A stretch of 63,949 nucleotides of DNA, counting the filler, from Licmophora abbreviata (lineage: Eukaryota), in NCBI GenBank assembly GCA_900291995.1. It is 10 parts of 10 records of this genome, joined end to end, with 100 filler letters (N's around TTAATTAATTAA, not from the genome) between each part and the next. Parts side by side here need not be neighbours in the genome. Positions count along the whole stretch, not along the records: positions 1 to 15,377 come from OLMU01004039.1; 9 more parts are not named here. One strand, written 5' to 3'. Below are positions 1-11,479 of the stretch, piece by piece. A model generated the notes under the pieces. The model was not told the origin of the DNA and did no database searches. It saw only the letters and a program-made list of their open reading frames with translations. How positions within the stretch are numbered: position 1 is the stretch's first letter; every line of letters begins with the position of its first letter. The position numbers were made by a program, and so were the translations under genes.

Positions 1-1641
1 AAACAGGTCTTCAAACTCATCGTCAACTTGTTTGCTCTGAGACTCGGCGTTCATATCGGAGGAAGTGCTCCGATTGTTAGAAACTTCCTTTTGAAGCCGT
101 TTGCTAGACTTTCTTTCCTTCTTGTTCTGTTTTTCCTTCCTATCACCATGCTTTTCGCGTTTTCCTTTCGACTCCTCTTCCACGTCTTTGCTCGCCCGCT
201 CCTTTGTCTGGCGCGAGGCCAATGGTAACGACGGTATATCGGTACGAGACTCTTTCGGAGCTTCATCCATCTCTTGCGGTGATCCGCCTGGGCCCCATAC
301 GTCGTCAAAGGCAACACCCTCTTTCTTTTGCGGTTGCGGAGTCCTCTGAAACTCGTCGGGAATTTGATAGCACACACTATCCACCTCCGACTTGCTGTCA
401 CGACCATCGTCGATATCTTCCTCTTCTTCTTCTTCTTCAAGCTCGGCTTGCACAGCAAGTGCGGCCGATTGCATGGAAACTTTAGCCGATCGTAGTTGCG
501 ACTGTTTGCGCCACGGTCGCATCTCTCGGACTTGTAGCTCTTCTGGTGTCATGCTGAAGGTGGCACTCTTATTCATGACCGAGTTCATCCGCAGGAGCGA
601 TTGACGAAGATCACCACGTAGGTGAGCTCCTTGAGAGCTCATGGACTCCGCGCCAACGCTCATTTCGTCCATGGGGGAGAGATTGCGGGGATTTCTTGTT
701 GACTTGGTAGAGGGCGGTGTATGACCGAGGAGAGAATCCAACAGGCCCTTCTTCTTACCAAGCGTATTGTTGTTGGCATTTTTTGAATCAGGCGTTGTTG
801 GGACAAGACCAGTCGCAACACGACTAGCCCAAGCTGGCTTCTTCCACTTTTTGTTGCTGTCTCTCTCCTTGGATGTCTTTGTGGTGGTCGGCTCGTTCGT
901 CATGAGCATATGAGATCCTCCTTGTGGGACAATGAGTGACGACCGTCGTCGTCGTACGGGAGCGGGCGTCTTGTTGTGGTGGTTGTCTCGTTGCGAGAGT
1001 CGTGGGTTGATTTCCAAAAGGGGCTCATCTTGAATACTTTCCAGGAACTGTTTATCACGGTCGTCAATAGGTGGACTTCCCGACCTGACCGTATGAAAGT
1101 CATCGTCCGAGGCAGTACTGGCGTCGTTTTCACCTGCATTTTCTTCCGCAATCGATGCGAGGCCTGAGTGGGTCGACGCCATCATGTCGAGGCTGGATGA
1201 CGAGCCCAGGAGATGACTGCCCAATGTTGGCTTATTCTTGAGCGCTTCTTTCCTAGAAACCAATAGGCGCTGTTGATTTGTGGAAGCTCCTTGCGATTCC
1301 TTGTTTGCATGACGATGATCTTTCTTGTGTTCGCCGCCTCGTCGTCGAGTCGTAGTACCTGCTGCATCCTCTTCGCCGGAACTCGCTCCCGTCTGATAGT
1401 CTTCATCCATAATGTGAGTCCCCCCCGTCGACATGGATCGATCACTCGCAAGTTTGGATGCCTGTACTTGTGCAACACTGCTACTAGCGTTGTTGTTGTT
1501 GTTGGTAGTTTTACTTGTCGTCGTCGGTCGACTGTGATGATGATGATGCTTGCTGTTGCGAAGAAAGTCATCTTCGTCGTTGCGCCATCGCGAAGGCAAA
1601 AAGTCATCGAACGGCAAGTCTTGATGTAAAGAAGAGTCCAT
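1..1641 (-). CDS. Hypothetical low-complexity/disordered protein, 3'-partial (runs off the window)
   Basis: Manual translation gives an uninterrupted minus-strand frame from ATG 1641 (MDSSLHQDLPFDDFLPSRW...) to position 1 (...QVDDEFEDLF), 547 codons, S/T/K/E/D-rich. It is absent from the ORF track because there is no stop in the window. Confidence 0.75.
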   Translation of the reverse strand, partial: MDSSLHQDLPFDDFLPSRWRNDEDDFLRNSKHHHHHSRPTTTSKTTNNNNNASSSVAQVQASKLASDRSMSTGGTHIMDEDYQTGASSGEEDAAGTTTRRRGGEHKKDHRHANKESQGASTNQQRLLVSRKEALKNKPTLGSHLLGSSSSLDMMASTHSGLASIAEENAGENDASTASDDDFHTVRSGSPPIDDRDKQFLESIQDEPLLEINPRLSQRDNHHNKTPAPVRRRRSSLIVPQGGSHMLMTNEPTTTKTSKERDSNKKWKKPAWASRVATGLVPTTPDSKNANNNTLGKKKGLLDSLLGHTPPSTKSTRNPRNLSPMDEMSVGAESMSSQGAHLRGDLRQSLLRMNSVMNKSATFSMTPEELQVREMRPWRKQSQLRSAKVSMQSAALAVQAELEEEEEEEDIDDGRDSKSEVDSVCYQIPDEFQRTPQPQKKEGVAFDDVWGPGGSPQEMDEAPKESRTDIPSLPLASRQTKERASKDVEEESKGKREKHGDRKEKQNKKERKSSKRLQKEVSNNRSTSSDMNAESQSKQVDDEFEDLF

Positions 1642-2225
1642 GATGGAAGTACAAAAGGTTCCAGAGGTGTAGTAGCAATAGGAGAGATGGACAAGCCACA
1701 CACCGCAAGTCCAACAAACGACACTATCCTTGCGAGACACTTTTATGTTGCGTTTTTTGTTTTGCCCCTTTTTTTGCACGCCTATGCCACTTTTCGGTAA
1801 ATCACAGTCCTAAAGACTGAATACATTTTAATATACCCAAGACCCTGGTACACCAATAAATGTCAGGACACTGTTTAAACCGGCCCAAAGCATAATCGTC
1901 TGGTCATTGAGCTGGCCCAACACCAGGGGACAGTCTGTACAGTGTCCGGAGATTCACTCAGATTCCGCCCAAGAGCGAGTTTGAAGTTTTGAGGGAGCGG
2001 GCGTTGTCTAATACTAGTAACCACTACACAGCCAGCAACAAACCGTGTGAGCATTGTTGTGCAAGTGAACGTGGGAACGACATCGAACAGTCTCGTGTGA
2101 ACCCTTCTGCGTGCAGTATAGTATTGCATTCGTGGCACAAAGCATTGAGATAGCATAGTTTGCTTCTTTCGGGTCTCTCTGCCGGTCGACGACTTGAAAT
2201 TGCAAAGTTTCAAATTTTGTATACA

Positions 2226-5200
2226 ATGGGAACGGGTAAATTGAGCGCCGGTGGGGGAGGCTACGAAGACGTCCCGTCCGTCAATCATACAAGCTTTGGC
2301 ATGGACCACAGTGGCGATGACGAAGATGTCTATCCCTTGAACGGAGGCGGCGGACGACTGGACGATCCTCTTGCTTCTCCTTCCAACGGTCACCGTAATT
2401 TTGGACTGAGTCAAACTATTAAGAATCACAGTACTCCCACGTACGCCAAGATTCCGAGAAACGACGTGGATCTCGAACTGGATGATCATCATCGCATCGA
2501 TGATCATGCTCACGCGTATGCAATCGAGCAACAGCGACGAAGAATGGCTGCCTTTGCTCCCAACTCACCTAAGAATGCACACTCGCACCCGCTTACTACC
2601 GATACGGAAATATCGGGGGACAACAATGCTGGTGGTTCCTCATCGTCCACGAGTATATTCAAAGTCCTGTGTTATCTTCTTCTTGGACTGATCGGTGTGG
2701 TGATGCTGATACTGAGCATTCAGAAGGGTTACTTTCCTCCCAAGATTCATCTGTCGAACTACGTAGACGACGATGACGACTATTTCCCTCATCCGATCGA
2801 TGACGTGGAAGGAAGCCAAGCGCATGCCGACGACGGCTTGCCATCCAAGTCACTGCATTACGATCCCGAAGCGTCACTTCATTCGTATAATCCCTTTGAT
2901 CTCGATCCGAATACGGCCGACTGGTATGGAGGAGCTGTCTTGTCGCCGCCATTGACTTCTGTTGATAATTTTGCTGGAGACGATGGATCTCATGCACTCG
3001 GTTTCTTGTCCCAGCCCAACATTGTCAACAATACTCTTGTCTTTGTTAGTGAAGGCGACTTGTACTTGAGTCAACTTGGAGTGGACAGCACTTCTGCTAC
3101 TTCTACTACTTTTGCAGCCATGAAATTGACCACGACGGTTGGAAATGTCATTTCGCCCGTCATCAATCCGGTCTTTCCCTATTACATTGCCTATGCGGCT
3201 ACATATGTGGGACGCCGGGAAGTCTATCTGCTGGACTTACGAGCCTCGCATCATGGAAGTGCCGCCATGCGACTTACCTACATGGATTCACCCTATGGTG
3301 TCGCCAAAGTGGTGGGGTGGAAGGACGATGGTCTTACCCTTGTCTTTGCAGCGCGTAGTATCGAAGTGGGATTTCCGGATGTCCGACTGTACGAATTGTC
3401 TCTGGCCCAAGAGGGGACGGACTCACGACCACCGAAAAAGCCTTCCTCCAGCCAAGCAACAGAGGGCGAGCCCGATAAGAGAGCAGCGAACGACGAGGGT
3501 GACAAGCCCCATCGAACCTTGTCTCACGCTCCACTTCGCGTCCTCCAAATCCAACCTGTCCCCTTGACGCAAGCCATTGACGGGGTGTGGGATTCTGGCA
3601 CGAATGCGTGCTTGTACTTTACACGCAATTCGCAGTCGTCGTCCACGATTCGGTACGTTGGAGGAACGGCTGAGTCGTTGTGGGCCTACTGTCACGAACA
3701 CGAACAGGCAATCGAGTTGACGACTCATTACAATGGCACGAGCAAGGCTCCTCAGATCTATACGAACGGGGCACGAAAGCCCTATTTACTGTTTATGAGT
3801 GATCGACTGTGGAGTAATGAAAAGCAGGACTGGATTCCCGCAACGACGAATCTATGGGCAGTGCAGTTGCCCATGGAGAGAGACTTGTATGGGAACGGAA
3901 ACATGGCGGATACTTTTGTACAGCTGACGAGTGTTTCATGCGATTTTGATGGCATGTCGCTCATGGAATATTCACTGGATCCTGTAACCAACAATGTTAT
4001 TTTGCGCATTGGAGCTGATATTCACGTCTTGTCGGCTAATGTTATCCAACAGAAACTGAATGCGTCAGGAAAGGATCGGAGAGACAGCAAAGGAAGACGG
4101 CTTCCAGCGTCAACAGAAATTCGGAAGCTCCCTGTGGTCGTGTACTCGGACTTTCACGAGCACCAGGAACGCCTTTTGCCGGTCGAGATTCCAGGACATT
4201 TGGTGTCGACAGATGTGTACAGGACAGCCTTTGGGTCAACAGCTGTTCTGATGGGTGTGCGGGGTCAGCTTTTTTCGGTCCCTGTCGTCGCAGATACGCA
4301 GAATCAACAACCATACGCTGGAGCAGGAATGAACCTGCCGGCTCGAAGGTATCGGATAGCTCCAGGAACGACCACCGGGGGCATGGTGCGAGTACTGGCG
4401 GCGAGTTACGTACCGCTTTACTTTGAGAACGGCAAAACAGCTCGACGTCTGGCTTTGGTCTTGGCAACCGACCCCAAGAGCGCAACTGCCGAGCATGGGT
4501 TTTATCTAATGGAAATTCAGTCAGATAGTGCGCCAAGCTTTGTGGACGTCAAAGACCTGCCGGATCCCTTTTTAGGTGGCAGTGTGAGTGGCGGAAGTGT
4601 TCGAGAAGGAGGGCTGGGAAGTGTCGACGCCAGGTCTGTTGTGGTCAGTCCCTGCGGCCGACGCTTTGCGTGGACTGATACAGATGGACGTATCTGCGTC
4701 ATGTCACTGCCTCTCTATCACAACGAGACCGTGTCGCCGTATGTGGTCCTGCCTGACCGGAATGAACAAGGAGAGCCGTTGGTCGGTATTGGCGTAGGCC
4801 TTTCTTGGAGTCCTGGCGGTAGATACCTGGCCATTGCTCACAACGCCGCGAATCAATTCGAGATCATTAGCATTGTCGACTGCGGAGAACCAGAGCGAGA
4901 TGGTCCAGATCTCGTGTCAGATGTGACGATCGGACGGATCGTGCAGGCTACTCCTGACAGATTCAATTCGAAACACCCGTACTGGGGGAAAGCTGCGCTG
5001 GACTTCAAGGTTGCCGGGCAGATCGCGACTTTTGCAAAGCTTACTGGCGAAGAGCCTTCTTCGATGTCTGGAGCGTCGACACTCTACTTTCTGAGTGATA
5101 GAGACGTTGTCACGGACGTTGGTAGTCCGTGGGGGTCTAGACGGCCAGATCCACATTTCCCTCCTCGACTGAGCGTGTATGCTCTGCCTTTGGTGCTTGA

Positions 5201-7305
5201 CGAGGACGAACGAAGCCCCCTCACTCCGTCTCTTGGTCGCTTTGCGGGTGGTGGAGCTGGAGAACTGTGGGTCGATAATATTTTGGCTTTGGAACAGACA
5301 TTGGAGTCAATGGCAGCTACCGAAGGGGCTAGCGCTACCGTGGACTCTGACTCGAATCCCTCGCCGGCGCCATCAGAGTCTCCAGTAGAGTCAGTGGAGG
5401 CCAAGACGAAGCCATCCGTTTTTCCAAAGGACTTGCAGATCCAATTTGGTGAGTCTTCCGACCTTGGATTCGCGCGCAGAGCTTATCGACTCGGCAATAT
5501 CCCTGAAGGACGATACTCGACGATTGTATGCCAGGCTACGGACGATCCCAGTTTGGTACTGATTGAAGATGGAGGTCTCAAGATCTTTTCTGTTGGCGAC
5601 TTTCCTTCTGATGTTATTGAGCCCATGGCAGTTCAGTTCCCAGGGCGATTCCTTTCGAACTACGATGTTAGCACTACACGCAACAATATCGTTCTTGTCT
5701 ATTCGAGCGAGATGTCAATTCTACCTGCAAAGGTAGTCGTTGTTGAAAATACTGCAAAGGGGCTTGCGTCTTTGATCGCAGACGAGAAGCTGCACAAGAA
5801 CATTGCGGACACGGACAAACTGGCGATGAGCGTGTGGCCAGCACTGGAATACCAGCAAATGTACGATGACGCGTGGAGACTGCTCCGAGACTACTTCTAC
5901 GACGTCAACATGCATGGAGTTGACTGGACCGGAATCCACCAAAGGTATCGTCCTTTGGTCAAACGATGTGCTAAGAGAGAGGAGCTGGACGATGTGTTGC
6001 GACAGATGGCCGCTGAGGTCAGTGCTCTTCATGTCTTTGTGTATGGAGGCGAGTACAGGTCGCCATTGCATGGGGACACAACCCTTGACAGCATCCACGA
6101 AGTGGGCAGTCTTGGCGCGACACTGGACCGATCTGCGGAGTGGAAGGGCTACGTCGTTACTTCGATCCCAGAACGGGATCCCGACTTCAACCTGATTGAC
6201 AGCAGTCCTGTCTACAGTCCCTTGAGCGACCAGTCTCTGCGCCTCACGGGACAGCGCGGTTTGCAAGTTGGAGATGTAATTGTCGGTGTCAATGGCGAAA
6301 GCGTTCTGCGGGTTCCCGATATTCACATGTTGCTTCGCGGCACCGCCGGGCGCAGTGTCCGCCTCGAGGTGCTACGGCTTGCATCTGCGCGTCCGTCTCC
6401 GGAAGGGTCGAGGCGCAAAGCCGATTCTGCCGAACTGATCCCAGAGCCCCTTATCGTCGTACCGATTTCGCCTGACGAAGCATCAGCTCTTCTGTACAAT
6501 GCGTGGGAATGGCAGACACGACAGCTCGCAAGGCAGTTGGCCGCTGCGGCTGGTTTCACAGTGGGGTACGTCCATCTGCAGGCCATGGGAAGTCCAACGG
6601 ATATCGACGCCTTCTACCGTGGCTTCTTCCCCGATTACAACAAGCAAGCTCTCATTGTGGATGTGCGTCACAATCGTGGTGGCAACATCGATACGTGGCT
6701 CTTGGACATTCTTCAGCGCAAGCCTTGGGACTACTTCCAGGGCCGTGCAACGAATCTTACAAACGGTGGACTCAGTTGGGACGAACAATACTCCTTCCGA
6801 GGCCATCTTGTGGTTCTCATTGACGAGCACACGTCGAGCGATGGCGAAGGGTTCTCGCGTGGCGTATCGGAACTCGGTCTTGGAAAGCTGGTTGGCAAGC
6901 GAACCTGGGGAGGTGGCGTCTGGCTGGCATCGGACAATCACCTCGTTGACGGTGGCATTGCTACAGTAAGTCCGTTTCACATATCTTGTGTAAGGCGTTC
7001 GAACAGAATCTTGCGACTGATTGCCTTTCTTTTGTCGTCTCGTCTTGCAGGCCCCAGAGATTGGAACGTACAACGATAATTTCGGTTGGGGAAGCGGCGT
7101 GGAGATGACAGGAGTCGAACCCGACTTCGAGGTGGACAACAATCCAAGAATATTCTATGACAATGGAAAGGACCAGCAACTCGAGTTTGCCATTGACCTC
7201 TTGAGGAAATGGCTCCAGGACGAGCCGGTCGTGCTCCCCAAGAGTCCAGGACCGCACGACATCAAGTCTGTGCCACCTGAGGCGGAGAAGTGCGCTGCAA
7301 GATGA
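2226..7305 (+). CDS. Tricorn protease-like S41 peptidase with N-terminal type II membrane anchor; 2 exons (intron 6966-7050)
   Basis: Propeller-like start (LVFVSEGDLY, YVGGTAESLW), C1 domain (EYQQMYDDAWRLLRDYFYD...HGVDW; SALH), PDZ-like (GLQVGDVIVGVNG), catalytic domain (VGYVHL, LIVDVRHNRGGN, SSDGE, GKRTWGG, GVEPD, DQQLE). The GTAAG..GCAG phase-0 intron joins GGIAT|APEIG. Confidence 0.92.
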
Positions 7306-7419
7306 TACTAGCTACTGTGTGTGTATGATACTACTAAAAAGGTTCTCTAGACCTTTAATGTTTGCAACAAGTTATAGTTCTAGGAAACTTCTCGTAGTCT
7401 ATCTCCTGATCCCCACACG

Positions 7420-8301
7420 TCATCCAGTTTCCAACTGCGCCATGAGCGCTGCCATTTGTTCCTGCATGGCCAAGAGCTGCGATTTGGCTTCCGTCTTCAT
7501 GGTGTCATCCAAGTGCTGGACAGTCCCAGGATCCGCCAGATTGATGTACCGACCCTCCCCTACATTGATATCAAAGACAATAGAGGACTTGCCGCGGCGC
7601 TTCTTGGAGACGGTCGCCACCAACGTGCCTTCATCGACGGGATCCACGGGCGATCCGTTCTTGGAACTGCATGCATTGTAAGACACGGCAGAGGAGGAAC
7701 ACGAGAGTGAGCACACAAACCAACGAAATTTACACTTGCAGACGCACAACAGTCCAACTACCACGTACAAGATTTGCTCTCCTCGCTGCACCGTCCGAAC
7801 GGTGGACGGCGTCATCATGCCACGCGTGGTCTTGGTCGGCGCGGGAGTTTCCAAGTCTTGACGAATCCGCTTCTTTCCCGCCTTGTGGACGGCAATCTCC
7901 TTAGCGCAGCTAGTTCTACTACTAGTAGTAGAAGTAGTAATACTCTGTGCCAGGATCAATGGTATCAAGTCACAGGTATAGGTTCGCTGAAATTCTGCAA
8001 TCGTCATTTTCTTGACCGTCTTGGTGAGTTTCATCATGTTGGAGGAGTGCGCATAGTGCTGTTCTTCCTTGCCCTTGTCGCGTTCCGCAATGAGCAGTTC
8101 CTTCTGCTGCTGCAGCTGGTCTTTCATATCGGCAATGAGCAAGCGCACGTGTTCTGGATTGCTTCCGTCAATGCGAGTGGAGGACGACGAATTGTTGGAC
8201 GGAGGAGGATGGTTCGTCCGTGTAGTGTCGTGAGGATCGTTCAAGACTCCCATGATTTGCCGTTTGGTAGCTTCGCGACGACTTTCTGTTCTCGTAGCCA
8301 T
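7420..8301 (-). CDS. Borealin/Nbl1-like chromosomal passenger complex subunit; in-frame 102-nt intron 7667-7768
   Basis: N-terminal helix ending KLTKTVKKMTIAEF. After splicing it reads RTVQRGEQIFSKNGSP, resembling the Borealin 'GE..S.NGSP' motif. Has TP (CDK-type) sites and C-terminal helix AKSQLLAMQEQM. Confidence 0.7.
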   Translation of the reverse strand: MATRTESRREATKRQIMGVLNDPHDTTRTNHPPPSNNSSSSTRIDGSNPEHVRLLIADMKDQLQQQKELLIAERDKGKEEQHYAHSSNMMKLTKTVKKMTIAEFQRTYTCDLIPLILAQSITTSTTSSRTSCAKEIAVHKAGKKRIRQDLETPAPTKTTRGMMTPSTVRTVQRGEQILYVVVGLLCVCKCKFRWFVCSLSCSSSAVSYNACSSKNGSPVDPVDEGTLVATVSKKRRGKSSIVFDINVGEGRYINLADPGTVQHLDDTMKTEAKSQLLAMQEQMAALMAQLETG

Positions 8302-8389
8302 GCTCTCCGATGATAGGCTGCGAACTAGAGTAGGATAGCAAGAGGGGGTGTGGACACAAGCGAGACGCAGACAAGAGAGCGGGGTGAGG

Positions 8390-8487
8390 AACGGCGGCGA
8401 TGACCTTCGTCGTTTTGGTCGAGGATGCTTAGTGTTTAGTGTGAACGGCGCGACGACCAACGGCCATCTCGCGAAGTGCCGTTTGAA
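8390..8487. promoter_or_regulatory. Cluster of MSA-like AACGG elements plus CHR-like TTTGAA upstream of Borealin
   Basis: AACGG at 8390, 8444 and 8459 (ACCAACGGCCA), CCGTT at 8479, TTTGAA at 8482. Confidence 0.4.
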
Positions 8488-8715
8488 TTTCAATGGCATT
8501 CCTCTGACGAGCTCTGGTTTCTACGTGACTTGTATACTGTAAATCCTGTAAGTAGAACCACGTATATTACAGTATGTGTTTGAGACACCCGGAGATTGAA
8601 AGGAATCCAACGCACAACACAAGACAGAGACAAAACCAACAACAGGCACTCCCGGCTCTATCATACTAGTAGCTTGCTCTTGCTGCTTGTCTACTCGTTT
8701 TCAGCAATCAGCAGC

Positions 8716-9531
8716 ATGAGTGGGGGGTACGGTGAGCCCGACTGGGCAACGCCCGGCAACACAATGGGCGCGACGACTCAGGAAGCGGGCACAGGAGGCG
8801 CCATTGCGACGCCAACGGCGACGGGAGGATCGACCGAGTGAGTATCACATGGAACTACAGGATGTGGGGGTCGTGGCTAGATGAGATTCCGTCGTGGCTA
8901 ACTGTACAGTGTTTTCGAAAGGAATCCTATTAGTGTCCATGGCGAGTTTTTGACAAACGAATTCCGAATGCGACTCTCTCCCGTGTGTTCTTCCGGTCGC
9001 TCTCTCACCGATCTCCTGCCTTCGTTCGTTCGTCTCGTTCTGTACAGAACCCGGCCCCGCATGATCCTGGCGGGTCTGTCCGTCCTGGACATCGCGCTAG
9101 CCGCCTTGATGGGCTGGTTGGGCATCCTCACTCTCATCAAGTTTGACTTTTCCAACTTTAGCTCCACCTTTTCTTCCGAACCCTTCCTCGCCGTATACAT
9201 GGTCATTTTCGCTTGTCTCTTGTTCATGTACGAACTCATGTGGTGGATGGGAGTTGCCTGGATCAACAAGGGAATTCGACGAAACTTTGGATTCATGTAT
9301 GGACTCAAGGGCAAAGGACTCTACCTTATTTTCGTCGCCTTTCTCACACTGGGATTGAAGAATGAAAATGATGTGCAGACCTTGACGCTTGCCACCGGTG
9401 TCTCTTACCTGGCGGTGGGAGTCTGTCACCTCGTCGTTGTCTTTATCCATCCTGACATTGGTGAAATCTACCGTCCGCCGACGGCAGGACTGACTTCCGG
9501 GACGGATGTGTCTACACCGAATCCGGTCTAA
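8716..9531 (+). CDS. COPI-associated / TVP15-like Golgi membrane protein; intron 8838-9047
   Basis: Four hydrophobic segments and the motif RRNFGFMYGLKGKGLYLIFVAFL typical of the COPI_assoc family. The GTGAGT..TACAG intron preserves the frame. Confidence 0.75.
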
Positions 9532-9635
9532 CGAAGCTAGGACTGGATAGACGTGTGTTTTGTTTGGAGTCTGATGTAGAGATACAGTAGGCACGTATAT
9601 ACTCTTTCTTATGATAAAGTAGCAGCTAGCTGCTG

Positions 9636-11038
9636 CTACGGGTCTCGTTGTGACTCCTTCTTCTCTTTGCTCAGTTCCAACGATTCCAGTCTCGCTTGGA
9701 TGCTCTCATCTTGGGGACACACCACCTTGGCCTTCCCCAGAGCTTCCCTTGCCTCCTCCGTTTGATTCATACCCTGATACGCGTCTGCACGCATCGTATG
9801 GATACGAGCCGTCGTTTCGGGCGGCAGTTCATACTCCAACGCGGCATTGGCATCCTCCAACACACCATCGTAGTCTCTTCCGGTTGGATGCTGCAGTCGC
9901 ACTGTCGCTCGCTGTGTGCGCAACGAGCACACCAGTGTATCCAAGAGATGAGTGTGTTTCGTCCATGGCTCGATCCGATTCAGTGCACTCGTGCAGTCCT
10001 CCTCCGCTTGATTCCAAACAGCGTCATCAGTCGTAGCGTCGTCGCTCATCCTCTTGGTTGCACTCTGCAATTCCTGTTCCGCTTTCACTAGTTCCTTGAA
10101 AAAGTCCTTGCCGTCATTCCAATCATCATCCAACAAGAGTTCCTTTTGTTCCGTTTGAATAGCATCAAACAAGGCGCTTAGGTACCTTACCTTTTGCTGC
10201 ATACTGGCAAAGCGTTCTTCCGTGTACTTGGAAGATGCTTCTTCCACATGGTGACGCAGTTGCACAGAGGCCTGTAAACACCATAAACTGCAATTGTGAG
10301 ATGTGTGCGCGTTTGGCAAAGCAACCAATTTCTCTTCATCGTAGGCAAGATCATGCTGTTTCATGCACACTCGACCCCATTCTTCCTACTACTACTTGCC
10401 TGTAAGGCATTCAAGTCATCACCCAGACACACGGCCGACAGAGTCGTCATGCCTTCTTCGACAATCGATAGGGACGCAATCTCATTGTCAGGGGAAGTAG
10501 TCTTCAACGACTCTTGCAGAATGTACGAAACGAAGGAAAAGACACCTGCGGAACGACACCTAGCACGTCCCTGCTTGTTTCGAATCACGGAACACTTGAT
10601 CGCCTTGAGACCACTCATCCAAAGCTTTTCCAATGGCACGTCCGTGTCGTCTAAATCTTTGTCTGTGTCGGAACCTGCTGACATTGCACCCGCACTGTCT
10701 AGCAGGTTCATTATCAGTTCCATACTCCCCATGCTTACAGCAATGGACTTCTTGGTCTCGTCAATACCAAACATGAGTTTCGTCATGGCTTCCAGAAGAC
10801 CGAGTATCTTTTGTCGGTGATGCTTGATGGGTGCTTGTTGGGAAGTATTAGGAGGACGACTCTGAGTAGTACGTGTAGCATCGTTGCCTTTTCGTTCTGC
10901 AATGACTCGTTCCGATTGACTACGAAATCCCGCCCACAGATGGACAAAGCTTTCATTGCTCAGTCGTGGAGTGGATGCCGCTGCAGGCGTCGCCGGTGTG
11001 CTAGATTTGCTGATATTGCCCGTCGTCGTCGTCGTCAT
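9636..11038 (-). CDS. ARM-like + TPR repeat protein; 2 exons joined by probable GC-AG intron 10272-10399
   Basis: Exon 1 is helical/ARM-like (GSMELIMNLL, CRSAGVFSFV). Exon 2 is TPR-like (YDGVLEDANAALE...RADAYQGMNQTEEAREALGKAKVVCP). CAG|GCAAGT donor and TTTACAG acceptor fuse the two ORFs in frame (LNALQ|ASVQL). Confidence 0.7.
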
Positions 11039-11479
11039 GGTCGGGGGGTGTCAATTTTGGAATTTCAATGGCGGGAAAACAAAAGCTGTCGCGCGCGAGG
11101 TGCGCGTTGCTGGCTGTTTGGTCCCGGTATAAACAGACAGACTGTATCATACATAGGTCTAGACGGCGACTCGACTAGTCAGTCAGTCAGTCTGATGAAG
11201 CCGACGAGGCGTGTGCTTCTACCAGTACTCGTAGTTTGTAAATGGTGAGCGATAGACCAGTATAGGCCCTCATGCACAGTAGGTACGCACGCGTCTTTCC
11301 AAGAACAGAACATATCATTATTCACAAGTCGCAATAGCTGCCGGTCGCTCTACGCGAGCAGAATATCATAGCAAACACAAGCTCTCTTGTTTGTGCACTT
11401 ATCGCTACTTCGTATCATACTAAGCACAAGTACTTCTAACAAGACATATCTACTCTCTCCTCTACCTGTGTCTTCTCTG

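Noticed and set aside
11071..11078. E2F-like GCGGGAAA upstream of the ARM/TPR gene
   Set aside because: A single octamer is expected several times by chance in 64 kb, and there is no functional link to support it.
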